Position numbers and translations under genes: made by a program. Positions 56,112 to 64,000 of a DNA stretch of 64,000 nt are shown here, in pieces. Origin of the DNA: Candidatus Sumerlaeia bacterium (GTDB lineage: Bacteria; Sumerlaeota; Sumerlaeia; SLMS01; JANRJK01); the NCBI GenBank assembly GCA_033764015.1, contig JANRJK010000046.1, forward strand, positions 64,001 to 128,000, given 5' to 3'. Under the pieces are notes generated by a model that was not told the DNA's origin, searched no databases, and saw only the letters and a program-made list of their open reading frames with translations. How positions within the stretch are numbered: position 1 is the first letter of the stretch; each line of letters starts with the position of its first letter.

Positions 56112-59100
56112 ATGCTCGGCAGCCCCGCCCCCGTCCTCAAGACCTTGGTCCTCACGGACCTCGCGGATAGCACGCGCCTCACCGAGGCCCTCGGCGACCG
56201 CGCGGCGGCGGAGCTGAACGCGCGCGTGGACGTGCTCCTCCGCGCGGAAATGGTCCGGTTCGGCGGCACCGAGATCGACCGCTCGGACGGCTTCCTCGTC
56301 CTGTTCGAGCGCCCCGTGGACGGCTTGGCGTTCACCCTGCGCGGCCACGCGGTGCTGGCGGAGCTGGCGGCGGAAATCGGGCGCCCGCTCGCTGTCCGCG
56401 CTGCCGTCCACCTCGGCGAGGTCATGATCCGCGCGAACCCGCCGGAGCAGGTCGCCCGCGGCGCGAAGCCCTTCGAAGCGGAGGGCCTGGCGAAGCCGAT
56501 GGCGGCGCGGATCATGGCGCTCGCGGTGCCGGGCCAGACGCTGCTCACGCGCGGCGCGTTCGACCTCGCGCGGCGTGGCGCGGTGGGCGAACAGCTCCTT
56601 CCCTCCGGCACGCGCTGGCTTTGCCACGGGCCGTACTCGCTGAAGGGCGTCGAGGACCCGGTCGAAGTCTTCGAGGCGGGGGTGGAGGGCGCGGCGCCGC
56701 TGCGACCGCCGCCGGACAGCGAGAAGGCGAAAAGCTACGCGCCGGTCGACGCCGGGATCGTGCTCGGCTGGCGGCCCTCCGCCGGCGCGGACATCCCGTC
56801 GGCGCCGGGGTGGCGCGTGCTCGAGCGCCTCGGCGAGGGCGGCTTCGGCGAGGTGTGGCGCGCGGCGAAGCACTCGCCCGCGCCCGGCGGCTCGCACGAG
56901 GGCGCGCTGGCCGCGCTCCCCGTCGGCGCCGAACTCGCCTTCAAGTTCTGCTTCGACCTCGCGCAGGCGCGCGCCATGCGCCGCGAGGCCACCCTTTTCA
57001 AGATGCTGCAGGCCCGCTTCGGCGAGCACCCGCACATCGTGCGGCTGGTGGACTTCCAGCTCGAAAGCGCGCCGCTCTTCCTCGCGATGGAGTACGTCGC
57101 CGGTCCGAACCTCGCGGATTGGCTCTTGGACGAAGGGCGCTCCTGGACGCCGCTGCGCCGCGCGCGGCTGCTGGCGCCGGCGGCCTTCGCCATCGCCGAA
57201 ATCCACGACGCCGGCGTGCTGCTCAACGACATCAAGCCCTCCAACATCCTCGTCCGGAAGGGGGAGGACGGGAAGCGCCACCTGTTGCTGACCGACCTCG
57301 GCGTGGGACGCCTCCGCGACCGCTCCGCGCTGGCGGACGGACTGACTCGGACGACGGGGTTCACGCAGGCGACGGTGGCCTCGCCGGTGGGGGGCAGCGG
57401 CTCCGGCGGCGGGACGCTGCTCTTCCTCGCGCCGGAACTGCTCGAGGGCGGCGAGGTCTCGCCCGCCAGCGACGCCTACGCGTTCGGCGTCACGCTGATG
57501 CAGGCGGCGGCGGGCAACCCGCGGCTCGCGGTGTCGGACCGCTGGACGCGCGAGGTGCGCAACTGGCCCACGCGCGGGCTGGTGCGGCGGCTGCTGCGGG
57601 GCGACCCCGCGAGGCGGCTCGCCGACTTCCGCAGGATTTCCCGCCGGATCGAGTCGCTCTCGCGCAAGACGCTGATTCTGAGGATCGAGGTGGCGTGCGC
57701 GGCGCTCGTGCTGCTGGCACTGCTCGCCGCGCATGTCTGGTGGTTCGTCGTGTTCAAAGGGTACGCGGAACGCCGCCTCGCCCGCGCGGAAGCCGACGCG
57801 CGGGCCATCGCGGTCCCCATCACGGGCGACGAGTACAACGCCGCGCATCCCACGACCGCCGAGGGCGAGCGCGCAGTGGCCGAGGCCGCGCACGTGTTCC
57901 GCATGTTCGCCCCGATCCCGAAGGCCGTGGACAGCTTTTCGGGGACGGTCCCCGACCAATACCCCCCGCCGGGGGGGCCAGGCGCGGCCTTCCTTGCCAA
58001 CTGGGGCCTGCTTGGCCCGGGCTTCTTCGATACGGTTCAGGCCGCCGTCGAAGTCTCCAACTCCCGCCCGGCACTCGAGCGCATGCTCCTGCTCTCGCGC
58101 GACGGACCGCCGATCGACCTCCTGAGCTGGCGCTTCGATCCCGATGCACCCGCCCCGCTGGAGTCAAGAACCCGGCAGTTCGGCCAAATCGACCCGGGCA
58201 CTGCCCGGGGCACGGTCTTCAGCGACCTCCGCGGGCAGGGGCGGACCATCCAGCCGGTCTGGATCGCCGAGGCGCTCGACCGCGGGTCGGTCGGCGATGC
58301 CTGGGAGCGGGCTCTGGCATTCCAGTACTACGCGCGGGCGCAGGGCGCGAACGCGACGATTTTCGTCCACACAATGATCGGCATCGTGCTCGAGGGCCTT
58401 TCGCAAACCGCCGCACGCCAGCTCTTCGAGGAGGCGCCTCCCGGGGAGGCGCACGCCAAGTTGGCGGCGCAGCGCTTCGACGCGGCCAGCCTCGCGGGGT
58501 TCTACGAGCGCGGCTTCCTGACCGAGACCCTCGGTATGCGGGGGGTGTTAGAGTTCGCGGCGAAGCGCCGCCGCACTGTGCCGAGGAGTTGGGGGGGCGG
58601 GACGAGCTTCCGCGACGTGGTTTCGGGGATCCGCGGGGGCGCCCCCGCCGGGGCGGGAGTCTATTCGCTCAAGGAGAGCTTGGTTTCGGAGATTACCCAC
58701 ACCTACACCGCGCCGCTTTCGCTCGAGGCCTTGGCGATGCACACCGAGTTCACCGGAGTCAGCGTCGGAAGCTGGCGCCGGGGGCCGCTCCGTTCCGACT
58801 ACCAAGAGCTTGAGGATGAATGGTTTTCACAACCCATCGCCGTCATGGCGATCCCGGGCACCGCAAGGGCCGCAGCGACCACCAGGTCCTCCATGACCCA
58901 TAGCGAAGTCATCCGCGCCCTCGCCCTGCTGCGCCTCGACGAGCTCGCCGCCGCTCCCGGAACCTGGCAGCCCCCGGAGCGCCTCGACGAGTTGTTCGAG
59001 CGCCACGGCTACCCGCCGCCGCGCGACTGGACGGAACCGAAAGGCACCCCGCCCCCGCTCGCATACCAAGTCGATGCCGATGCCGGGCTGGTCGTCTTCA

Positions 59101-59438
59101 CCATCACGAAGGACCTCCTGCCGCCTCCCCGCCCGACTACCCAGTACGGGACCCGCTCCCACGCCGCCCCCGTCGGGGCGCAGCGGCTCGATGCCGTGGT
59201 GGCCTCCCACGCCGCCGCCGGCGCGGAGGACCCTTGGCCGCGCGTGGTTCTGCGGCTGCCCTCGGGCCGCGAGCTTCCCGTGCGCGTGCTGCCGTCGCTG
59301 GCGAAGCAACTGGCCGTGCCGGACGCCCTGCCGCCCGGCACGGAGGTCTCCGTCCGCAAGCGCCCGCGCCACCACGAGGGCTCACTGGTCTTCGAGGCGA
59401 TCGCCACCGGCGACCTCGCCCCCGCCGCAAGCCCTTGA
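56112..59438 (+). CDS. Class III nucleotide cyclase + Ser/Thr kinase-like + TM + extracytoplasmic domain fusion
   Basis: TDLADST, DRSDGF, H.GEV, AARIM..A.PGQ.L, LKGV; GEGGFGEVW, AFK, LNDIKPSN, DLG, GTLLFLAPE; TM segment. Confidence 0.85.
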   Translation: MLGSPAPVLKTLVLTDLADSTRLTEALGDRAAAELNARVDVLLRAEMVRFGGTEIDRSDGFLVLFERPVDGLAFTLRGHAVLAELAAEIGRPLAVRAAVHLGEVMIRANPPEQVARGAKPFEAEGLAKPMAARIMALAVPGQTLLTRGAFDLARRGAVGEQLLPSGTRWLCHGPYSLKGVEDPVEVFEAGVEGAAPLRPPPDSEKAKSYAPVDAGIVLGWRPSAGADIPSAPGWRVLERLGEGGFGEVWRAAKHSPAPGGSHEGALAALPVGAELAFKFCFDLAQARAMRREATLFKMLQARFGEHPHIVRLVDFQLESAPLFLAMEYVAGPNLADWLLDEGRSWTPLRRARLLAPAAFAIAEIHDAGVLLNDIKPSNILVRKGEDGKRHLLLTDLGVGRLRDRSALADGLTRTTGFTQATVASPVGGSGSGGGTLLFLAPELLEGGEVSPASDAYAFGVTLMQAAAGNPRLAVSDRWTREVRNWPTRGLVRRLLRGDPARRLADFRRISRRIESLSRKTLILRIEVACAALVLLALLAAHVWWFVVFKGYAERRLARAEADARAIAVPITGDEYNAAHPTTAEGERAVAEAAHVFRMFAPIPKAVDSFSGTVPDQYPPPGGPGAAFLANWGLLGPGFFDTVQAAVEVSNSRPALERMLLLSRDGPPIDLLSWRFDPDAPAPLESRTRQFGQIDPGTARGTVFSDLRGQGRTIQPVWIAEALDRGSVGDAWERALAFQYYARAQGANATIFVHTMIGIVLEGLSQTAARQLFEEAPPGEAHAKLAAQRFDAASLAGFYERGFLTETLGMRGVLEFAAKRRRTVPRSWGGGTSFRDVVSGIRGGAPAGAGVYSLKESLVSEITHTYTAPLSLEALAMHTEFTGVSVGSWRRGPLRSDYQELEDEWFSQPIAVMAIPGTARAAATTRSSMTHSEVIRALALLRLDELAAAPGTWQPPERLDELFERHGYPPPRDWTEPKGTPPPLAYQVDADAGLVVFTITKDLLPPPRPTTQYGTRSHAAPVGAQRLDAVVASHAAAGAEDPWPRVVLRLPSGRELPVRVLPSLAKQLAVPDALPPGTEVSVRKRPRHHEGSLVFEAIATGDLAPAASP

Positions 59439-59513
59439 CGGTCGGGGCGCGCCGTGGCCCATTGGGGCCCCGTCCCCGACGACAACCAGACGGCCCTCCG
59501 AAAGGAATCCCGC

Positions 59514-60713
59514 GTGCTCGATATCACCGAAATGCTCCGCATCACGGTGGAGCGCAAAGCCTCCGACCTCCACATCGCCGTGGGGCGACCGCCCGTGATC
59601 CGCGTGGACGGCAGCCTGATCAACATCGACCACCCGCCGCTTTCCGCCGCCGACACGCGCCGCCTCATCTACGGCATCCTGACGGACATCCAGAAGCAGA
59701 AGTTCGAGGACGCGAAGGACCTCGACTTCTCGCTGTCGGTCACGAACGTGGCGCGCTTCCGCGTGAATGCGCACTTCCAGCGCGGCTCCGTCGCCGGCGC
59801 CTTCCGTCTGATCCCGAGCCAGATCAAGAGCTTCGACGAGCTGAACCTCCCGCGCCAGGTCTGCGAGTTCCTTTGCTCGCGCCCGAACGGCCTCACCCTC
59901 GTCACCGGGCCGACGGGTTCCGGCAAGTCGACGACGCTCGCCGCGCTCATCGACAAGATCAACAGCGAGCGCGCCTGCCACATCATCACCGCCGAGGACC
60001 CGATCGAGTACCTGCACCACCACAAGACCGCGCTCGTCGAACAGCGCGAGGTGAACGAGGACACGATCAGCTTCTCCACCGCCCTCAAGTACGCGCTCCG
60101 CCAGGACCCGGACGTGATCCTGGTCGGCGAAATGCGCGACCTCGAGACGATCTCCGCCGCCATCACCGCGGCGGAAACGGGCCACTTGGTGTTCTCCACG
60201 CTCCACACGGTCGACGTGGTGCAGACCGTGGACCGCGTGATCGACGTGTTCCCCCCGCACCAGCAGGAGCAGATCCGCATCATGCTCGCCTCGGTCATGG
60301 AAGGCATCATGTCGCAGCGCCTCCTTCCCTCGATCAAGGGCGGCCGCTGCGCCGCGATCGAGATCCTCCTCGGCACGGACGCCATCCGGAACATGGTGCG
60401 CGAAGGCAAGACGCACCAGGTGCCCGCGTTCATGGAGGCGGGCGCCAAGTACGGCATGGTGACCATGGACCGCGCGCTCATCGACCTGGTGAAGAAGGGC
60501 TCGATCACGCGCGACCTCGCCATCGTGAACGCGCGCAAGCCGGAGGAAGTGAAGAAGGCGATCGGCGGCGGCGGCGGCTCGATGTCGTCTTCCGGCATGG
60601 GCGGCATGGGTGGCGGCTCCGGCTCCATGGGCGGGCCCCCGGCCGGGAACCCGTACGCCGGCAGCGCGTCGCCGATGGGCGGCATGGGCGGCGGGAGCTA
60701 CGGCAAGAAGTAG
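59514..60713 (+). CDS. pilT: Type IV pilus retraction ATPase
   Basis: ASDLHI..G.PP..R, GPTGSGKSTT, EDPIE, LRQDPDVILVGEMRD, TGHLVFSTLHT, AIRNMVRE; GTG start after AAGGA. Confidence 0.95.
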   Translation: MLDITEMLRITVERKASDLHIAVGRPPVIRVDGSLINIDHPPLSAADTRRLIYGILTDIQKQKFEDAKDLDFSLSVTNVARFRVNAHFQRGSVAGAFRLIPSQIKSFDELNLPRQVCEFLCSRPNGLTLVTGPTGSGKSTTLAALIDKINSERACHIITAEDPIEYLHHHKTALVEQREVNEDTISFSTALKYALRQDPDVILVGEMRDLETISAAITAAETGHLVFSTLHTVDVVQTVDRVIDVFPPHQQEQIRIMLASVMEGIMSQRLLPSIKGGRCAAIEILLGTDAIRNMVREGKTHQVPAFMEAGAKYGMVTMDRALIDLVKKGSITRDLAIVNARKPEEVKKAIGGGGGSMSSSGMGGMGGGSGSMGGPPAGNPYAGSASPMGGMGGGSYGKK

Positions 60714-60748
60714 CGTCCCCGGGCCGCGAACCCGTCCGCACGGACCCT

Positions 60749-60782
60749 CGACGCCCCCGCGCCCCCCGGCGCGGGGGCGTCG
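60749..60782. terminator. GC-rich hairpin after pilT
   Basis: 15-bp perfect stem CGACGCCCCCGCGCC/GGCGCGGGGGCGTCG with a 4-nt loop. Confidence 0.55.
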
Positions 60783-60898
60783 CTCCGTCCGGGGACCCGA
60801 TCGCGCGTGCGCCCGAACTTTTTCTTGCCGTTGTTCCGGCAGCGGGCGCGCCCTGAAGGGAGCCTCCACCGGAGGCGAATTCCCTCCGAGGCCCCGCC

Positions 60899-62092
60899 GT
60901 GTTCGCCAAGCCCCGTCCGCACACCGCCACCCCGCAGCGCGCGCTCACCGCGAAGGACTGGGCGCGCCGCGCGGCGACCGCGCACAAGGAAGGTGCGCTC
61001 CGCCTCGCGGTGGACTGCGCACGACGCGCGACGCTGTTGTCGCCGCTCAACCCCGACATCCGCGAGCTCTACACGCAGCTCCTCTACCAGCGCGTCGAAC
61101 GCGAGATCGCGGGCGAGGCGCTCGAGCCCGCCAACGTCTCGCCTATCCCCGACGATCCCTTCCCGGAGGAGTTCGACCAGCACATGGCGCCGCCCCCGGC
61201 TCAGCGCCCGGCGCCCCGCCCCATCCCCCGGCACCCCGACGCGCCGCGCCCGCAGCGCCCGCCGCAGCAGCCCGCGGCCCGCGCGCCGCGCGCCGCCGGG
61301 TTCAGCCTCGCCGACCTCGGCAGCGAGTTCGACCACGCCGGCGTGGACGAGGATCCGGCACCGCCGGAGCCCGCGCGCCGCGCGCGCCGGACGCGGCCGA
61401 TCGAAACGCCGTTCGACGACGACGCGCCGCGCCGCCGCTGGCTGAAGCCCGCCATCGCCGCGGCCGCCGCGATCCTCCTGGTGGCCCTCGTCGCCGCGAT
61501 GCTCCAGCCCGGCGTATCCTGGGGAACGCTTCAAGGCGGGGAGAAAGCGTTCTCGCAGCTCGACGACGTGCCCGCGGAACTGCGCGAGGAACTGAACAAC
61601 GCCAACCGGCTCCTGGGCCGCGGCCAGGCGCACGAAGCGGTGTCGGTCCTGCGCGCCGCCGTGGTGAAGCACCCGTCCAATTCGGCGGAGGTCAACTCGC
61701 GCCTCGCGTGGGCGCTCGCCATGCACGCGAAGTCGCGCTCCGCGGAACGCGACCACACAGGCGCGGTCAAGGCGCTCGAGGAGGCGACGCGCCTCCTCCC
61801 CGGCGAAGCGGAGCTTTGGGAGCAGTTGGGGCGCACCTTCCGCGAACAGGCCGCTTCCACCACGGAGCGCAGCGCCGCGCGGCGCCAGCTCGCCAGCGCG
61901 GAGACCGCCTACCGCCGCGCGCTCGAGCGGCAGAACGACCGCGCCGCCGCCCTGCTGGGCCTCGGCGAAGTCTACGCCGCGTCCGACGACGCCAAGCGCG
62001 CCCGAGAGCAGTTCAACGCCGTGCTGGAGAAAGCCCCGCGCAGCTCCGAGGCGAAGGTCGCCACCGCGAGCCTGCGCCGACTTGGCGAATAG
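60899..62092 (+). CDS. Bitopic membrane protein with C-terminal TPRs
   Basis: Pro-rich linker, TM AIAAAAAILLVALVAAML, TPR-like helices (ELWEQLG, ALLGLGEVY). Start uncertain. Confidence 0.75.
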   Translation: MFAKPRPHTATPQRALTAKDWARRAATAHKEGALRLAVDCARRATLLSPLNPDIRELYTQLLYQRVEREIAGEALEPANVSPIPDDPFPEEFDQHMAPPPAQRPAPRPIPRHPDAPRPQRPPQQPAARAPRAAGFSLADLGSEFDHAGVDEDPAPPEPARRARRTRPIETPFDDDAPRRRWLKPAIAAAAAILLVALVAAMLQPGVSWGTLQGGEKAFSQLDDVPAELREELNNANRLLGRGQAHEAVSVLRAAVVKHPSNSAEVNSRLAWALAMHAKSRSAERDHTGAVKALEEATRLLPGEAELWEQLGRTFREQAASTTERSAARRQLASAETAYRRALERQNDRAAALLGLGEVYAASDDAKRAREQFNAVLEKAPRSSEAKVATASLRRLGE

Positions 62093-62104
62093 GGGCGCCC
62101 GCCG

Positions 62105-62857
62105 CTACTTCTTCTTGAACAGGCCGCCCAGCTTACCGAGCAGCCCCGGCTTCGCCTCCGCCAGTGCCGCGGCGGCGGGCGCGGCGGCCTTCGGCGGCGA
62201 CACCGTCTTCGCGAGCCGCGGCGCGTAGGGATCGATCTGCGCCGCCGCGGCGGACAGGAACGGATCCCCGGGCCTCGAGGGCGAGCCGAGCGTCAGCCGG
62301 GCGAGCGCGAGCGTCGGGTTCTCGCCGTGCGCCACCGCCGCCTGCAGCCGCCCCCAGTCGCTCCCGTCGCCGTAGACGACGAAGGGGCAGAAGGGCTCCA
62401 TCGTCCCCAGACCCGCGCGGACCGCGTCCGCGCGCCCGATCGAAATCATGTTCACGGCGTTCTCGAGGAAGGCGATGCTCCGGCGCAGCGCCGCCAGGTT
62501 GTCCGGATCGTTCGTCGCCCACGGCGCTTCGAGGCGGAGCACGCCCTGCCGCGATTTCGACGTGACGCGCCCGCGCAGCGAGGGCAGCGCGGCGATCCAC
62601 GCCCAATAGTCGGTCGCCGGCTCCAGCGTGCTGCGCACCTGGTCCAGCCGGAACTCCGCGTCCTCGATCCGCGTGGAAAACGAATTCGCGTCGCCGTGCG
62701 CCGCGCGCGCCGCGAGGACCGACTCGCCCGGCGCGACCGTGTTCCGCGCGCCGAAGCAGAACAGCCACAGCAGCGGGATGCGGTCCGGCGAGACGAGGAG
62801 CGGCTGCGGCTCGCCGCCGTTCGGTGCGGAGTAGAGGAGCTGGCTCGGGCGGCTCAT
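62105..62857 (-). CDS. Hypothetical protein
   Basis: Host-like codon usage from ATG 62857; fills the gap between neighbours; ends GLLGKLGGLFKKK. Confidence 0.65.
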   Translation of the reverse strand: MSRPSQLLYSAPNGGEPQPLLVSPDRIPLLWLFCFGARNTVAPGESVLAARAAHGDANSFSTRIEDAEFRLDQVRSTLEPATDYWAWIAALPSLRGRVTSKSRQGVLRLEAPWATNDPDNLAALRRSIAFLENAVNMISIGRADAVRAGLGTMEPFCPFVVYGDGSDWGRLQAAVAHGENPTLALARLTLGSPSRPGDPFLSAAAAQIDPYAPRLAKTVSPPKAAAPAAAALAEAKPGLLGKLGGLFKKK

Positions 62858-62993
62858 GGGACGCGGCGTCCGGGCGGGGGAGTGGGGCCGATAGCTACCG
62901 CGGAACCGTGCGGCGGCGCCCCCGCCTGCGAAAGGGGAAAGTGGCGCGCGCGTTGTCTTGCGCCGCGCCCGCATCCGGGCGAGGAACACCGCC

Positions 62994-63848
62994 ATGATCG
63001 TCTACCTCAACGGCGTGTTCAAACCCCTGCTCGAAGCCTCGCTGGATCCCACCGACCGTGGCTTCCTGCTGGGCGAGTCGGTCTTCGAGACAATCCGCGT
63101 CGAGCAGGCGCAGCCGCTCGAGTACGAGGCGCACACGCGCCGGCTCCAGGCGTCCGCCGCGTGGCTCGGCGTCCGGTGCCCCGGCGCCGCGGAGCTGCTC
63201 GAGGTGATCCAGCAGACGGTCGATGCGAACGGCCTCGCCGCGGCGCGCGTGCGGATCACGCTATCGCCCGGCTCCGAACCGGGCGGCGCGCCGACCCTGC
63301 TGGTCGCCGCGCTGCCGATCGACGACGCGCTGCTGGACCGCCAGCGCATGGCGGGCTGGCACGCGCTCACGGTGCAGGAACCGGTGAACGAGCGCTCCTC
63401 GCTCCGGCGGCACAAGTGCGGCTCGTACCTGGAGCAGGTCCGCGCGCGCCGCCTGGCGCAGGCGAACGGCGCCGACGAGGCGCTCCTGCTCAACACGCTC
63501 GGGCGCGTCGCCGAATGCGCCATGGCGAACCTCTTCGCGGTGCTCGAGGGCGACCTGATCGCCACGCCCCCGGTCGAGGAGGGCGCGCTCCCGGGCGTGA
63601 TGCGCCGCCGGGTGCTGGCGCTCGCCGACGAGCTGGGCCTCGACAGCGCCGAGGTGCCACTCACTCCGGAGGACCTCCGCAAGGCGCAGGAGCTCTTCGC
63701 AACCAACGTCATGATCCAAGTGCAGCCGATCGTCACGCTGGACGGCGCGGCGGTGGGTTCCGGCGGGCCGGGGTCGCTCACGCGCCAGCTCTTCCGCGCG
63801 CACCGGGCGGACGTGGACCGCTACCTGTTCGAGGTGCGGCGTGGCTGA
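62994..63848 (+). CDS. PLP-dependent aminotransferase class IV (ADC lyase/BCAT/D-amino-acid transaminase family)
   Basis: DRGFLLGESVFETIR, H..RL..SA, catalytic HK..SY, DEALLLN, E...AN.F, G.LPGV.R, FATN. Confidence 0.92.
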   Translation: MIVYLNGVFKPLLEASLDPTDRGFLLGESVFETIRVEQAQPLEYEAHTRRLQASAAWLGVRCPGAAELLEVIQQTVDANGLAAARVRITLSPGSEPGGAPTLLVAALPIDDALLDRQRMAGWHALTVQEPVNERSSLRRHKCGSYLEQVRARRLAQANGADEALLLNTLGRVAECAMANLFAVLEGDLIATPPVEEGALPGVMRRRVLALADELGLDSAEVPLTPEDLRKAQELFATNVMIQVQPIVTLDGAAVGSGGPGSLTRQLFRAHRADVDRYLFEVRRG

Positions 63849-64000
63849 GCGCGGGGGCTGGGACCGCCGCTACGCGGCGCTGGCGTTGTGCTGCGGGCTG
63901 TTCCTGATCGCGCTGGGCCAGCGGCCCGGGCGCGAGGTGCCGCGGCTGGACCTCGGCCTCCCGCTGCCCGGCGACAAGATCGCGCACTTCCTGGCCTACG
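63841..64000 (+). CDS. VanZ-like membrane protein (3' end outside the window)
   Basis: GTG 63841 opens MAERGGWDRRYAALALCCGLFLIALGQ...GDKIAHFLAY; DK..HF.AY is typical of VanZ-like proteins. Confidence 0.7.
   Translation, partial: MAERGGWDRRYAALALCCGLFLIALGQRPGREVPRLDLGLPLPGDKIAHFLAY

Noticed and set aside
1..64000. CRISPR array, integrase, transposase or prophage genes
   Set aside because: No regularly spaced repeats and no recombinase, transposase or phage structural motifs were recognised; no att-like direct repeats were seen around the low-GC block.

Overview
A 64-kb window from a very GC-rich bacterial chromosome with about 48 CDS and one tRNA-Arg(ACG). The lineage is tentatively Ca. Sumerlaeota/BRC1-like, inferred only from remembered features of the prepilin and a W-x-x-Y C-terminal tail. 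Housekeeping genes: tyrS, upp, scpAB, mqnD, comM/yifB, carD-like, pilT, a class IV aminotransferase, an RND pump pair and an ECF/anti-sigma operon. Signalling: four Hanks-type Ser/Thr kinases. Two are paralogues with an atypical HRDxKPSQ catalytic loop that flank an FHA-GAF gene, and one is a cyclase-kinase fusion with LND in place of HRD. Accessory/defence: a lower-GC block (C5 methyltransferase, restriction endonuclease, comM, HNH protein) bordered by a 36-bp near-perfect palindrome, a separate vsr, and a probable HEPN/MNT deletion scar. Surface and carbohydrate genes: pullulanase, CBM20-esterase, dockerin-like protein, prepilin, large beta-propeller protein and secretin. No CRISPR array, integrase, transposase or rRNA was seen. 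All family calls come from reading motifs by eye; no database searches were run.
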